Assembly: GCA_000004695.1 (NCBI GenBank)
Contig: CM000154.2
Span: forward strand, 2,496,001-2,560,000
Length of the DNA stretch: 64,000 nt
Origin: Dictyostelium discoideum
Taxonomy: Eukaryota
Reading direction: 5' to 3'
In this document: in pieces, positions 25,042 through 39,719 of the stretch
How positions within the stretch are numbered: position 1 is the first letter of the stretch
How the letters are laid out: each line of letters begins with the position of its first letter
Made by a program: the position numbers and the translations under genes
Notes under the pieces: generated by a model
The model's input: only the letters and a program-made list of their open reading frames with translations
Database searches by the model: none
Told to the model about the DNA's origin: nothing

Positions 25042-27190
25042 TTAAAGATATTTTGGTAAAGAACTTGACATGTCCTTTGGTTGAGAAGAAAAATTATTAT
25101 TATTAATATTATTATTGTTATTATTATTATTATTAATATTATTATTGTTACCAGTACTATTATTATTACTTGATGAAGAAGAAGAGGAAGAAATATTTAA
25201 ATTATTAAAATTACTATTAATTGTAGTAACTTGAGGAGGTGGGGCAGTGATTGGAGAAGAAGGTGATGACATTGTTAATTGTTGTTGATGTTGTTGATTA
25301 GTAATTTTATTATTTATATAAGATTGAATTCCATATGGTAATTGTCTTTGTTGATTAAATGGTGTTTCTATATCTAAATTATTATTATTGTTATTATTGT
25401 TATTATTAATTTGATTATTTCTATCTTTATAAAATTTTTCATGTGAAACTTGAATTTCTTTAAAATGATCTAACAAATTATTAAAATTAATATCTTTTAA
25501 TCCTTCATTATTATTTGAGTTATTACCATCTTCATTTTGTCTATTTTTTAAAAAAAAAAAAAAAAAAAATAAAACAAATTAATTATATGTATATTAATAT
25601 ATATATAGTAAAGTTAATAATTAATAATACTTTTTTGGAATTAAATTTAAAACACCTAAAGAGGAAATACAAGTTAATCTATTCTTTAAAGTTTCAAAAG
25701 CACTACTTTGTGGTAAAATCATTAAAAGACCATATAAACTTTTAAAAAGTGATGGATATTTCTCTGGTTCTAATAATTGTAATCTTAATGCCATAAATTT
25801 TGGTGATTCTAATAATTGTACTAATCTATCCATTTCCATTAAAAAGTTTACATTAATTTCGATTTCAGTGCTATAAAATAAAAATATAATGATGTTAGTA
25901 AATTCATTATAAATAAATAAATAAATAAATAAATAAATATTTATTATACATACAATTTAGATAAAAGAGCACAGGAATGTTCATAAACTTGACAAAGCAT
26001 ACATAAACTAAATAAAGAAGCAGGACTATGGGCCCAAGAAGTATAAAGTACAGAGAATAGGTCTCTACTTTCAGGAGTTGAAAGCGATCTTAAATTTCTA
26101 CGAATTTCAACACATTCATCAGATGTTAATAAGATTAAATTTAATGTTTGTACCATAACACTTGCGAATTCCGGATTAATTTCTTTTGAGTTTTCACCAT
26201 TACCATCTTGATTACCATTACCACCACTACCACTACCACTATTACCTAATATATTTGAGAATCTACGGAAAATTAATTCTGGATTTAAGAATAAACAAAG
26301 TTGACGAATTATAAAGTTACCTCTTGTACGTAACAATTGAGAATCATTTGAAAAGAGTATCACTAAATTTTGAATTAACTTATCAAATAACTCTGTATTA
26401 TCAGAAATCTTTGCAATAGTTTTCAAATCTAATTTTACAACTTCATCACTATTATCACTTAATGTCTTTAATAATGGTGGGAATAAATCTGTTAAATATG
26501 ATGAAATTCCACTTGATAATTTACTATGTAACATTAATATCCAATTTAATGATGCTAATCTAGACTGTACTGAATTACTTATTAAATGTTGAGTATTTAT
26601 ATTTAAAAATTCACTAAAAATAAAAAATAAAAAATAAAAAATTTAGTATTAATTATTATTATTAATTGATGATTATTATTAATTTAATATTTACCCAACT
26701 GGAAAATCTTGATTAGTTTCTAATATTAGTTTATGTAAATTAATATTTGAAAGTGAAGCCATCTTTTCAATATTGACTAATTGATGTGATAATGAAGATA
26801 AGATACCATTTAATAATAATGGACAATAAGGTAAAAGTTTTTTTTTACCAACCAAAATGAATTCATTAATCCAAGTCAAAGCACTTAATCTAGTGAATTC
26901 ATCAGAACTTATACAATGGGGTACAATTGTTTTAACCATACTACCATAATCAACATTTTCAGCTGTTTGTAATTCCCTTAAAAATTCTGATAATGCTTTA
27001 TCTGCCTCATTTCTAATTTCTTTATTTTGATCTCTTAACATTTTAAAAATACCATCTAAATATTTTGGCAAATGAATTAACATATCAATATTTGGTACAC
27101 TATCTAATACAATAATCCATCCAACTAAAAATTGTCTACAAAATGGATTAATAATATAAAGTCTTTCTTTTAATAATGGTATAAATCTAT

Positions 27191-27221
<31 letters not shown>

Positions 27222-27874
27222 TAGTAAATATATTTTTTTATATTTTTGAATTTAAAAAAAAAAAAAACTTACTTATCAATGTCAAAAGTTGGAGATTCTG
27301 TAACAATATCTTTTAATAATCTATCAAATAATTGAACACCACCTTTTACTTGAGGATCTAAGTCTGATGATAATTTACAAAGTACATCGAAAATTTCATT
27401 GAAAAAGAATAATATCTTTGATCTTGTTACTTTAGCAATATTAAATAATGATTCACAAGCATAAAATCTAATTCTACTATCATGATCTATAAAACATCTT
27501 AATACTGGTGGTACAATCTCCTGAATATATAAATATGCATCCTATTATTATTTTTATTTTTTATAAAAAAAAAAGTATTAATAAATTAATAAAAATTTTT
27601 TTTAAAAAAAGATAATTAAAATACAAACAGTTCCTAAACCAATTGCAACAGAAGCTAAACCAATTAAGCCACCTTTTTTATTATTACCTTGAGCTGAATC
27701 TGTATATTCTGTTGAGATTTGTTTAATTATTGCTCTGATTACTGCTTGATCATCATTTGAGTGATGTTCTCTAATTAATTGTTCAATTTCTTGTGCTCCA
27801 GTTTTACGTTTATCAGTATTCTTATCGGCTAAATTTTTTAATACAATTGATGGTATTGGTGAAAGATTATTCAT
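25042..27874 (-). CDS. vac14: Vac14 homologue (scaffold of the PIKfyve/Fab1 PI(3,5)P2 complex), ~801 aa, 6 exons: complement(join(25042..25540,25631..25870,25954..26613,26695..27186,27273..27541,27629..27874)).
   Basis: The N-terminus is MNNLSPIPSIVLKNLADKNTDKRKTGAQEIEQLIRE. Exon 2 encodes EIVPPVLRCFIDHDSRIRFYACESLFNIAKV...DPQVKGGVQLFDRLLKDIVTE. Exon 3 encodes FIPLLKERLYIINPFCRQFLVGWIIVLDSVPNIDMLIHLPKYLDGIF.... The C-terminus encodes ...MDRLVQLLESPKFMALRLQLLEP...LLMILPQSSAFETL. All five junctions conserve phase with GT..AG. Confidence 0.8.
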
Positions 27875-28159
27875 CTTTTCTTTTTATTTCTGTTTTTTAT
27901 TTTATTTTTTTTTTATCTTTAATTAAAAAAAAAAAATTAAAATGAAATTAAAAAAAAAATCAAAAAAATAATTTTTTTTTGTAAAAATAAAAAAAGAATT
28001 TTAAAAAAATAAAAATCTTTTTTTTATTTTTTTATTTTTTTTTTTTTTTAATTTTAATTTTTTTTTTTTTTTTTTGGCTTCGTTCGTTTTTTTTTTTTTT
28101 TTTTCATATTTTTTTTTATTTTTTTTTTTTTATTTTTGTAATCAAATTAAATTTAAAAA

Positions 28160-30858
28160 ATGGTTGGAAAAAAACAAAAATTATCAAAAAAGATAGCCAA
28201 AAAGTATACACTCCATAGAAAATATTATAGTGATACAGTTAGTGAATTTTCCAGTTTAAATCCATTTCAAAGAACCAAGAAATCCGATAAATATGCAGCG
28301 ATTTCACAGAAAGTTAATGCACAAAATCAAAGAATAAAAGAACTTGAAGAGCAACAAGAACAAGATGAATTAGAACAAGAAATTGGTGGTGATGTTGACA
28401 CACTCTATGAAGTTGGTCCATCATCTTATGACCTTTTAGTTAAATCATCACAAGATAAGTTAAAATTAAGATTAAAACAATTGGAAGAACAAGAAAAATT
28501 AGAAAAGAAATTAGAAAAGAATAATAAAAAAAGATCATTTTCTGATATTAAAGATCAAAATCAAGATGAGGATGAGGATGAAGATGAAGATAATGATATT
28601 GAAGAAGATGTAGAGGATGATGTAAAAGAGGATGTAGAAGAGGATGCAGAAGAGGATGTAGAAGAGGAAGAAGAAGAAGAAGAAGTTGAAGGTGAAGAAG
28701 AGGAAGAAGAGGTTGAAGGAGAAGAAGAGGACGAAGAAGAAGAAGTCGAAGAAGAGGACGAAGAAGAAGAAGTCGAAGGTGAAGAAATAGAAGAAGTTGA
28801 AAATGATTTAAATAGTGATATTGAAGAAAATGAAGAACAAGATTTTACAGATGTTTATGGTAATAAAGATGATAAAGAAGAGGAAGAAGAAGTTGAAACA
28901 AATAAAACATTAGAAAAATTGAAAAAATCAGAATTATTTGAAAATACAAATGATAATGGTATTTATAATATTCATTTTAATAAAGATATTACAAGTAAAG
29001 AAGAAATGAATGAATTATTATTGAAGTCACAAAGTTTGGAATCAATTTCAAAAGAGATTGAAGATATTGGTGTTATTACATCAATAGGTTGTGTTGATTA
29101 TGATAATTTAATTAATGAAAATAAACCTGGAAAATCCAATCAAAAGAAAGTTAAAGAACAAAAAGAGAGTATTTTACCAAATTTAAAAAATACATTTCAT
29201 GATTACGATATAAAGAAGAGATTATATAAACCATGGTTAAAATCTAAAACAAAGAAAGAGAATGAACTATATTTTACAAATCTTCAAAAGAATTTATTCC
29301 CAATTTTCAACGAATATCGTGATTTATTATACACTGAAGAATCAATGAAAAACCATAAGAGTATTTTTAAACTTTATGCATTACATGCCGTCAATCATAT
29401 ATTCAAATCAAAAGATCAATTGAGTGAAGATAATGCATTGATAAATGAATGTAAAAAGTTGAAAAAACCAGAACCAGATCTTAGACACCAAGGTTTCACT
29501 CGTCCAAAAGTTGTAATCATTGTCCCATTCCGTAATACCGCCTTTGAAATCGTTAGATTCATATTAAAACTTGTACCACACGAATTAAAAGATCAAGTTG
29601 AAAATAAAACCAAATTCAATAATGAATACACTCAATTCGATCAAGATCAAGAGATTAATGAAAATAAACCAGATGATTATAAATATATTTTCCGTGATAA
29701 TATTGATGATTGTTTCCGTTTTGGTTTATCATTTAGAAAAGGTGGTGTTAAATTATATTCAACATTTTATCATGCTGATATTATCATTGCCTCACCATTA
29801 GGTCTTCGTTTAGTAATTGGTACTGAAGGTGATTCACAAAGAGATTTCGATTTCTTATCATCTGTTGAAGTTTTAATCATTGATCAAATCGATTCAATTC
29901 AACAACAAAATTGGGATCACATTAATGTTTTATTTGAAAATTTAAATAGAATTCCAACTCAAGATCATAATATTGATTTCTCACGTCTTAGAAATTCTTC
30001 TTTAGAAGGTTTAAGTTCAAATTTACGTCAAACTTTATTATTTTCTTCAAATTTGACACCAGAATTAAATTCAATTTTTAATCAACATTGTAAAAGTAAA
30101 TATTATTAAATTAAATATATTTTATTTAAAAAAAAGATATTAATTTATTTATTTTATTTTTTTAGATATTTCAGGTAAAATTAGAATTAAAAAAATTAAA
30201 AATGGTGAAATTACAAATATTGTACCATCATTAAGACAAACTTTCCATAGACTTTATTTAGATTCAAATGATGATTCTAAAATTAGATTTAACTTTTTAA
30301 TTGATAATGTAATTATAATTTTAATTTTAGATTATTAATAATAATATTAATTTATAAATATGTTAACATTTTATATATATTTTTATTTTTTTATTTTTTT
30401 ATTTAATTATAAAGATTTTACCAAAATTTGTACAACAAGGTGAAAATAGTGGTATTTTATTATATATTTCAAACTTTTTTGAATTTACAATGATTAGAAA
30501 TTATTTTAGAAAAGAAGCCAAATCCTATGTAATTTGCTCAGAATATACAGATCCAAAAGCAGTTACAAGAGCACGTTCACAATTTAAAGAGAGTGCCAAA
30601 ACAATTATGTTATTTACCGAACGTTTCCACTTTTTTAATCGTTATCATATTAGAGGTATTAAACATGTAATCTTTTTCGGGTTACCTCAAAATTCTCATT
30701 TCTATTCAGAAATTTTAAATATGATCACTGAAAATGATGGTTCAATTATTTCTTTATATACTTTAAAAGATAAAATGGCTTTAGAAAGAATTGTTGGTAC
30801 CCAAAGATCTTATAAAATGTTAGAATCTGATAAACCAACTCATTTATTTAGTAATTAA
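28160..30858 (+). CDS. Utp25 / digestive-organ-expansion-factor-like nucleolar protein (DEAD-like fold, DUF1253), ~840 aa, 3 exons: join(28160..30095,30166..30308,30415..30858).
   Basis: A long acidic E/D-rich N-terminal tract (~28560-28900). Then ...DLRHQGFTRPKVVIIVPFRNTAFEIV...GDSQRDFDFLSSVEVLIIDQ.... The C-terminus is ...ICSEYTDPKAVTRARSQF...FFGLPQNSHFYSEIL.... Donors are AAAA|GTAAAT and AAT|GTAATT. Acceptors are TTTTTAG and ATTATAAAG. Phases are consistent. Confidence 0.6.
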
Positions 30859-30969
30859 ATAATTAATTAAAAATAAAAAAATAAAAAAAATAAAAATAAA
30901 AATAATATTTATATAATTTTTTTTTTTCAATTTATTTCATTTATTTATTAATTTTATTTATTTTTTTAT

Positions 30970-33900
30970 TTATTTATTATTATTTACTAAATTTGAAATT
31001 TGTAAAGTTTTTTCTAAAACTTCATACATTAAAGTTATATTTTCAAATATTAAATCAATATTTTTAGAATCAATTTCATACCAAACTAAATCTTTAATTA
31101 TTGATGGAGTATTTTGATTATCTTTTAAAGAAAGATCAGGAGTAATAACTATTATAGTTTTATCTTGATTGCCTTTTTCATCTTTAAATGATTTTGCATA
31201 TTCAATTTGTAAACAATACTTTTCAATTTCTGTTTTTGTTGTTTTCCTTGTAAATAAAATACACATTAATAATGAATTTTTAATAAATTCTTTTAATGGT
31301 TGAATTGAGTGATATTTTTCATTTTCTTTTTCAATCAATAATTGTTTATAAAATTCTTCTTCACTTGTTTTACCATCATCATAATAAATTGCTTGATTAT
31401 TATTATTATTATAACTATCTTCAATTTGAATTGTAGTTGATGATGAAAAATAATTATTATTTAATTCACTTGAATTAAAATTATTATTTAAAATTGGAAT
31501 ATCATTGTCATCATAATAATTATTATTATTATTATAATTATAATTATTTTGAATAATATTATTTTGATTATTTTGATTATTTTGATTATTATTATTATTT
31601 TCATTTTCATTAATTTCATTTTCATTATCATTTTTAAAATTATATAATTGAATTAAATAATTTTCAAGATATTGATAATTTGGATCAGATGGAATTAATT
31701 TTGATTTTTCTAACTTTTTTTCAATTTTTCTTTTAATTTTCCATTGTTGTTTTAATTTTTCATCATTTTCTAATTTTAATTTCTTTTCAAGTTCAATATT
31801 TTTTTTTCTTTGAATTGAATTTTGTTTTTTTTGTTTCATTAAATTGAATAAACTAAATTGATCATCTTGATCCGAAGGTCTACCAATGATTTCATCTGAA
31901 CTAATTGTTGGAATTGAATTTTCTTTAAATTTATCACAAATGAAATCAAATAAAATTCTATCTGCATTATTAAATAATAAATAACAACCACTGTTTTTAT
32001 CATTTAAATAACATTTATCAAAAAATTCTTTACGTGATAATGATTGAACTGATTTTTCAAAGTTTTGTTGTTGTTGTTGTTGAATAGTTAAAAGTTTTGA
32101 ATCTTGTGTACCATTTAAAATTGAATGAATTAAATTTGAAATTGATGAAACATTTGAAATTACCTCTTTTTCAGACATTTCTTTAAATGTTTTTTTAGTG
32201 GTTTTTGGTATAAATGTAAATAAACCATATAGAATTGGATCGATTTGAACTGATTGTAAAAAGATTGGTATTATAACTTTACCTAATTTCTTTGACATTT
32301 TCAATTCTTTTCTACACCAAAGTGAGTTAATTGAAGTTTCAGAAATAACAAAAACCACAACATCTGAATTGACAACACCTCTAGTGATTTCAGCTCTCCA
32401 ATTACAACCAGCTTGTAGACGATATTCATCCAACCAACAACGTAATGAAAATAAACCAAAGTTTGAACGTAAATTATTTACAAATTCTGAATCTTTATGA
32501 GCATAAGATATGAAAACCTCATTTGTGAATAAAATATTTTGAAGATTTGATTTAATATCAGCAGAACAATATTGTAATGGATTTTTCATAGTTTTATCAG
32601 GTATACTTTGAGCACCATGTTTACAAAGTAATGATGACAATTGATGATTAGTTTGTGATACTGAAATGTGTAATGGAGTTTGACCTTGTACATCCTTTAA
32701 ATTTCTATTACAACCACGTACTAAAAGTATTGTAGCGATTTCATAATTACCAAATCTTGAACAATAATGTAATGGTGTTTCTTTTTGTTTGTTTAATTGA
32801 TCGATTGAATAGATTTTATTAATTAAACAATATTCTAAAATGATTTTAGATTTCAAATGATTGTTATTGAATAATGTTGAATAGTGAATTGGAGATTCCA
32901 ATGTAACTGGGTCAATTAAATTCAATGGGAATTTATGTTCCAACAATTTAAAAACTTTTAAATTACCATATTCACAACAATCTTTTGCAAGTTTAACTGC
33001 ATGAGAATGTTGAAATTTATTTGATTCAATTATTAATTTAATTAATTGGTAATGATAATTTTCATTGTAATTCAATGATCTCAATAAAAAGCTAGCTTTT
33101 AAATATTCATCATAAACTAAAACCCCAATCCTTTTCTTTAAAACTACAATATCAAATTGAGTTAAATCTTGAAAGTTTTCTTTTAAATTCATTAAAAATG
33201 AATTAAATTTAACACCAAATGTTGTACATTTCAATGGGGTTTCAACAACGATTGTTGTATCTTGTGTACATAAAACCAATGGTGATTTCCAATTAAATGA
33301 TTTTTGATCTTGATTTTTTATTAATATTGGTACTGATGAATACTTTTCCCCGATTTGACCTTGACTATTACTACCCCAACCATATAATCTACAATTACCA
33401 TCTGTGCTACTATTTGATTCAATTGCAATTGAATGATTTCCACCACAACTAATAAATGATATAAATTTATTTGAATTACTATCATATGGATCATCGAAAT
33501 TAACTAATTTAATTTCATAATTCTCCTTACTATCACTATTACCTAAACCTAATTGACCTTGATCATTTTTACCCCAACTAAAAACTTGACCTTCGTTTGT
33601 TAATAATACATTAAAATCTTTACCACATGATACCATTAAAACTTTTTTCAAAAAATTTTGATTTATAATTGAAATTGATCTTTGAATTTGATTTTCAATC
33701 ATTAATTTATTATTACCACCACCACCAATACAATTAGTATTTCCATTTTTATAACCTAATTGACCAAATTTATTTAAACCAACAGTATGAATACCTCTTT
33801 TAATCATAACTGAATGTGAACCACCAACTGAACAATAATCAACTTGATAATGGTCTGCCAATTGCTCAACTTTTTGATTTGATTTAATATTACCCCAAAT

Positions 33901-34852
33901 ATAGCATCTATTATCTTCAGTTATCATACATGATAAACCTTTTGATGATTGTTCAAATAATTTAATTGATTTAAAATTATTTGGAAAATCTTTTTCATGA
34001 TATAATGATACATCTTTATTTACAAATTGAAATATATAACCATTATTTTTAATTTTATTATTTCTAAATAAAATAAAATAAAATAATTAATTTTAGTAAA
34101 TTTTAATAATAGTAATAATAATAATAATAAAAATTATTTAAAAAAAACTTACAAATTATCAAATTTTGATTTAGTTTTTATATTTCGATTCACATTATCA
34201 TCATAATGGCCAATATTAAATAAATTAAAATCTTCTTCAATTGGTTTTTCGTTAATTTCTAAATCAATATTCGAAAATAAATTAAAATCAATTTCATCAA
34301 TATCAAAATCATCATCATTATTATTAATGTTTTCTTTATCATCAATTTCATTATCAAAATAAGATGTTGTTGTTGGTGATGTTTTTTGATTCATTGCTAA
34401 TTTTCTATCTGAAATATATGTACTTTTAAATTTAGATTTTTCTTTTTCTTTTTTTTCTTTTTCTTGTCTTTCTTTTTCTTGTTTTTCTTGATTTTCTTTT
34501 TCTTCTTTAGCTTTTTCAGCTAAAACTTGGCTTATTGGTGGCATGTTTTTAAAAACATCACCATCTGCTATTGGTGCACTATCAAGACCAAATAAATCAA
34601 AAAAATCATCATAAGCTTCTTGAATTTCTTGAATTTCTTGAATTTCTTGAATTTCTTGAATTTCTTGAATTTCTTTTATTTCTTCTTCAGGTTCTTGATA
34701 TTCAAATTTAATAATTGTTTCGTCAATAATATTTGAAATTTTATAACCTTGTAAATCATTAATTATTAAATTTTTACCAATACAATCATTAATAAATTTA
34801 TATGACAATATTGGTATACCTAAACTTTTTGATTTTTCCAAAAATAATAATC

Positions 34853-34899
<47 letters not shown>

Positions 34900-35181
34900 G
34901 AAAAATAATAAATTAGATATTACAATAATAATTAAATAATTAAATAATTAAAAAATAACATACGAATTTGATTGAAAATTATAATAATGTTGATCTCTAT
35001 CATATTCATCCAAACCATTACAAAGTATTATATAATTTGTTGAAAATTTTTGAATACAATATTGAACAGTACCACCATTTACTTCAATCTTTTTTAAAAT
35101 TTCATCTTTAATCTTTTTATCTGATGTATCTTTGGTCGGTGAAAAACAAAAAAATTTTAAACTTGAAAATAAACTCGGCAT
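30970..35181 (-). CDS. Multidomain BRCT - acidic linker - RCC1 repeats - ankyrin repeats - TIR domain protein, 1336 aa, 3 exons: complement(join(30970..34063,34153..34851,34964..35181)).
   Basis: Exons 1-2 are BRCT-like (...[26 protein letters not shown]...[17 protein letters not shown]) followed by (EIQ)n. Exon 3 has an RCC1 beta-propeller (CYIWGN..., [28 protein letters not shown]). Ankyrin repeats follow ([27 protein letters not shown]). Then a TIR domain ([18 protein letters not shown]...[23 protein letters not shown]). Junctions TC|GTATGT..AG and TT|GTAAGT..TTTAG preserve phase (2+1). The deduced length matches what I recall for Dictyostelium tirA, which I have not verified. Confidence 0.75.
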
Positions 35182-35208
35182 TTAAATTATTGTTATTATT
35201 ATTTTCAC

Positions 35209-35239
<31 letters not shown>

Positions 35240-35957
35240 ACAACTAGTTTCAAACAGTTGGTTAGAAAAAAAAAAAAAAAAAAAAAATTAAAAAAAAACA
35301 AAAAATTAATAAAAAAAAAAAAAAAAAGAAAAAATCTTTTTTTTGATTTTTCTCAAAATCTAATATTTTTCATTTTTTTTTTAATAGAAATGATTAAGAA
35401 TGTCACAACAGACCTATTTTCCCATGGAAAAAAAAAAAAATTAATGAACGAAAATAGATAAAATCCACTAAATAATTTGCCTATCCTTTTTAGTTTTTTA
35501 TCTTATCAACTCTTCTTTTAAAAATGGATAATTATTAATTTGCTTTAAAAAATGAAAAATATCTCAATAATTTTTTTTTTTTTTTACAACAATTTCAAAG
35601 AACCAAAAGTTAAATTTTATGCACAAAATATATATATTTGAAATTGTTGTGTATATATTATTAAATAATTTTTTTTTTTTTTTTTTAAATGACATCAAAA
35701 AATAATTAAATCTGGTTTATTTTATTTGTTTTTTTTTTTTTTTTTAAACTATTTATTTTCAAACATGGGAATTTTTTAAATTCTAAGCAAATATTATTAA
35801 ATAGATAATAGATAATTTCAAAAACTACAAATAAATAATAATTATATTTTTAATTTGTTTTATTTTAATTTTTTTTTATTTTATTTTTATTATTTATTAT
35901 TTACTATTTATTTACCTTTATTACTTTTTTTTTTTTTTTTTTTTTTTAATTTTAATT

Positions 35958-38791
35958 TTAATCTAAATTATAATAAACAATTGCAGTATTACCTTTACCT
36001 TTTACAAAAGTTGATTGACGTTGTTCTTTACCTTTTGGATATTGAGAGAAACTTACAACGAAATCAGTACCATTATTACGAGAATCTCTACTATTGTTAA
36101 AAGTTAAAGGATCACGAAAAACCAAAGGTATGGTTGTACCAGTTAATTTATAAACTTGTTGAACTAAATTTGTACAAACCTCAGAGACCTTTTCAACGAA
36201 ATCACAGCCAAGATCAATGTAAAGATCACGAATTGGTTGTTTGAAATGAATTGCCAAGAAGGTATCTTTTTTATTACTAGTGGAAAGAGCGACGATTGAG
36301 TGAAGTTTAAGACCCACCTTTTTTTGAGTATACTTTTTAGTATCGTATTTGTAGATATGTTGATCGGTGATAATGAGTGATCTTAATTGAGATTTACCAC
36401 GTTTATTAATTTTAATTACATTATCAGCGAAAAGGATCTCTTTATCGCCACCTTTTTGAAACATTGCTTGAACCGATTCAGAGAATTGTGATTTCTTTGG
36501 ATTACTATCATCAGATAGATAATCAGCTTGGAATTTTCTACGACAATCCCATTCTTTCTTTCTAGAATAACCCATACCAAACAAATCCAATGCTAATATC
36601 TTTTGACGAACCAATGAACGTGCTTCCATTGATAGCGAGGTGACTTTAACCTTTGCCCACCAAATAATGTGGATCGATTGCATGAGTGAATCAATTGGGG
36701 TTCTACGTAACCAAAGTGTTGGCATGATGTGACCCTTGTTATAATGTGGCCCTACAGACCAGGGTTTTAACTTTTTAATATATGTCAAAACTTTATAACG
36801 TAAATAATAAGTTTGAATTAAATTTGCACTATTCTTTCTTTTGATTTGTTTTTGAATCTCCTCTTTCTCCTCTCTTAAACGTTGTAACTCTTGTTTGTAC
36901 CATTTACGTACCTTATAGCCTCTCCATACTCTTTGGATGGTGATCACTATGGATGGTAATATCTTTTGACGTAATTCTTCGAAATGGAATAATGTAGATG
37001 CAGATTTAATAAATAATTTCTTCTTACCAAATTGACATTCACTAGTACTATTTTGAATAGCACTTGCAGCACGAACAATTGCCATTACACCATCCTTTGG
37101 TGTACCATTCCAAAATGGCCAAGTTTCTTTTGAAATCATTTTATATCTACCAAGGAAACGAGTGTAATGCTGTTTATGACAATAGCCTGCTTTACGAACA
37201 CGAATGGTTTCCAACATATTTAAATATCTAACTTGGTGTCTAACAGCCTCATAATCGAAATGATTGGAACGTTTATCTTCATTAGATTTTATACAACGAA
37301 TATAATGTGGTTGACATGTATTCAATTTACCAATTAAATCATTGATTGCATTTTTAAACTGTGTTGCTGCAGTGATTGGTATTTTCTTTACACCCAAGCT
37401 ATTCTTTTGGAAATCTTTATTAAATAATGAAAGAATGAATTTATCTTTACTACTCTCCATTGTGAATATTAAATCTTGATATAATGGATCCTTATTCTTG
37501 TAAATAAAACTATCCAAATTATAAGTCACAGGTGATGCATAATGTTTCAATGTAAAACTTTGACTTTCAATTGATAAATTATTTGATGTTTCAAAAGACT
37601 CGAAATGTTTATTCTTTGAAAAGAATTGATTAAACTTTTGAATCAATAACTCTGGTGTAGATTGACCAATCAAACATGCCTCTTCCAAAAGTTTCAATAA
37701 ACCAACTGGTTGTCCTTCAATTAAATCAATAATTGGTGTATTATCGAAATAGTTATCAATAGTTTTCCATTCAATTCCTTCTTTTAAATATTCTTCTTGC
37801 TCTTGACGTAATACTAAATTTATAAAAAGTTGTTGTAATTTTTCATTTGAATAATTTATAATAAATTGTTCAAAACTATTATTTTCAAATATTTCAAATC
37901 CATAAATATCTAAAATACCAATTGTTGATTCAATAATATAATTGCTACCATTATTACTTTTTGAACTTATTGTTGAATTGATTTTATCAATAATTGATGT
38001 GAATAATCTATCATATAAAACTTTTGAAAATGCATCACGAGTTTCTTTAGCTTGAGTTTGATTTAATAATACTTTAATACTTGATTGTCTTTTACCTGCA
38101 CCCAATGTCAATGAACGTGAAATTAATGATTTCTCTAAACTATCCTCTGAGCATTGTAATAATTGTGAAACTTTCTTTAAAGTTTCAGGTGTTGAGATAT
38201 AGACTGCGTCCACATTTGATTTTTCAACATCATTTGAAAATTCGATATTACCAATTAACAATATTGCTCCCAACACTCTCCATATGGATTCCATCTCTTG
38301 TTCTGTCCATGCTAATTGTTTTAGCGATTCTAAAACCTTTTGAAAATCTTTTGAATCGTTAATAGATGAAATTGAGAAACACATTGAATCTTTTAAATAT
38401 TTATATTGAGTTGGGTCATTTGATAATCCCAATTTACTGGTTATTCTTTTATCAGTTAGAAATTGATAAAATACATGAAAACTTCTTTCACCAATTGCTC
38501 TACTATGAACTCTTGATTTCTCCAATAGAAATTGTGATATCTTTCCAGAGATTGGCGAACCTTTACCATCAAACTCAATCTCTATAAATTTACCAAATCT
38601 ACTTGAATTATCATTTCTTAATGTTTTAGCGTTACCAAATGATTCCAAAACAATATTTGATTCAATTATTAATCTCATTATACCTTGAATATTTTCTAAA
38701 TTACCACTACAAACTTTTGAAATATAATTTAAAAATATTTTTGATGCTTCAGTTTTACCTATTTATACATATTAAAAAATTAATAAATTAT

Positions 38792-38830
<39 letters not shown>

Positions 38831-39264
38831 ATTGAAAAAATATATTTACCAGAACCAGATTCACCAGTTATAATAACACATTGTGATTCTTTTGATAATA
38901 ATAATTTTTTATAAGTATCTTGAGCTAAAGCATAAATATGTGGTGAAACTTCATACATGTACATATTTTGATAAGATTTTAAAACTTGTTCAGTATAGAT
39001 ATTTGCTTTATTTGAGAATGGATTAACACTAATAACTTGTTCACCAATATATGTATAAATATGATCTTTATTAAATCTATTTTGTAAATTATTCATTAAT
39101 TCATTCTCTTCAACATTTTCTAAAAAACACATATCTGTTAATCCAACTACATCTTTATTATGTATATTATTATGAAAAATATTACTAAAATTTTTTGACG
39201 ATACTGTTGTTGATTTATTTGAATTTAATTGATTATCTTCATTTTCTAAAGGAAGTGGTTCCAT
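35958..39264 (-). CDS. myoF: Class I (short-tailed, TH1-only) myosin heavy chain, 1071 aa, 2 exons: complement(join(35958..38758,38850..39264)).
   Basis: Exon 1 ends inside the P-loop, GESGSG|GTAAAT, at phase 1. Exon 2 resumes (G)KTEASKIFLNYIS and continues the motor (...NSSRFGKFIEIEF..., LEEACLIGQ). One IQ motif follows (IQRVWRGYKVRKWYK), then a TH1 lipid-binding tail, with no SH3. The 1071-aa length equals what I recall for Dictyostelium MyoF. The symbol is tentative. Confidence 0.8.
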
Positions 39265-39400
39265 TTTTTTTTTTTTTTTTTTTTTCTTTTTTTTTTTTTT
39301 TTTATTTTCTTTAAATTAAATATTTTACAAAATTGTAATAAAAAAAAAAAAATAAGAAAATTTAAATAAAATTTAAAATAGTTGTATAAGCAATTAAAAA

Positions 39401-39436
<36 letters not shown>

Positions 39437-39719
39437 CGGATGGGAAGGCTTATAAAAAAAAAAAAAAAATATCTTGAAAAATAAAAATTTTATTTTGAAA
39501 AAAGCTTTGGGCTGAAAAAGCGGTGGGTGAAGGTATAAAAAAAAATAAAAAAAAATATTGAGATTTTATTATGAATCAAACTGTTGTTTTAAATTATATA
39601 ATATATATAAATATCTATTCATAAAAAAAAAAAAAAAAAAAAGACTAAAAAAAAAAATATAAAAATAATAGAAAAAAACAAAAAAAATATAAAAAAAAAA
39701 AACAACAAAAAATTTTCAA

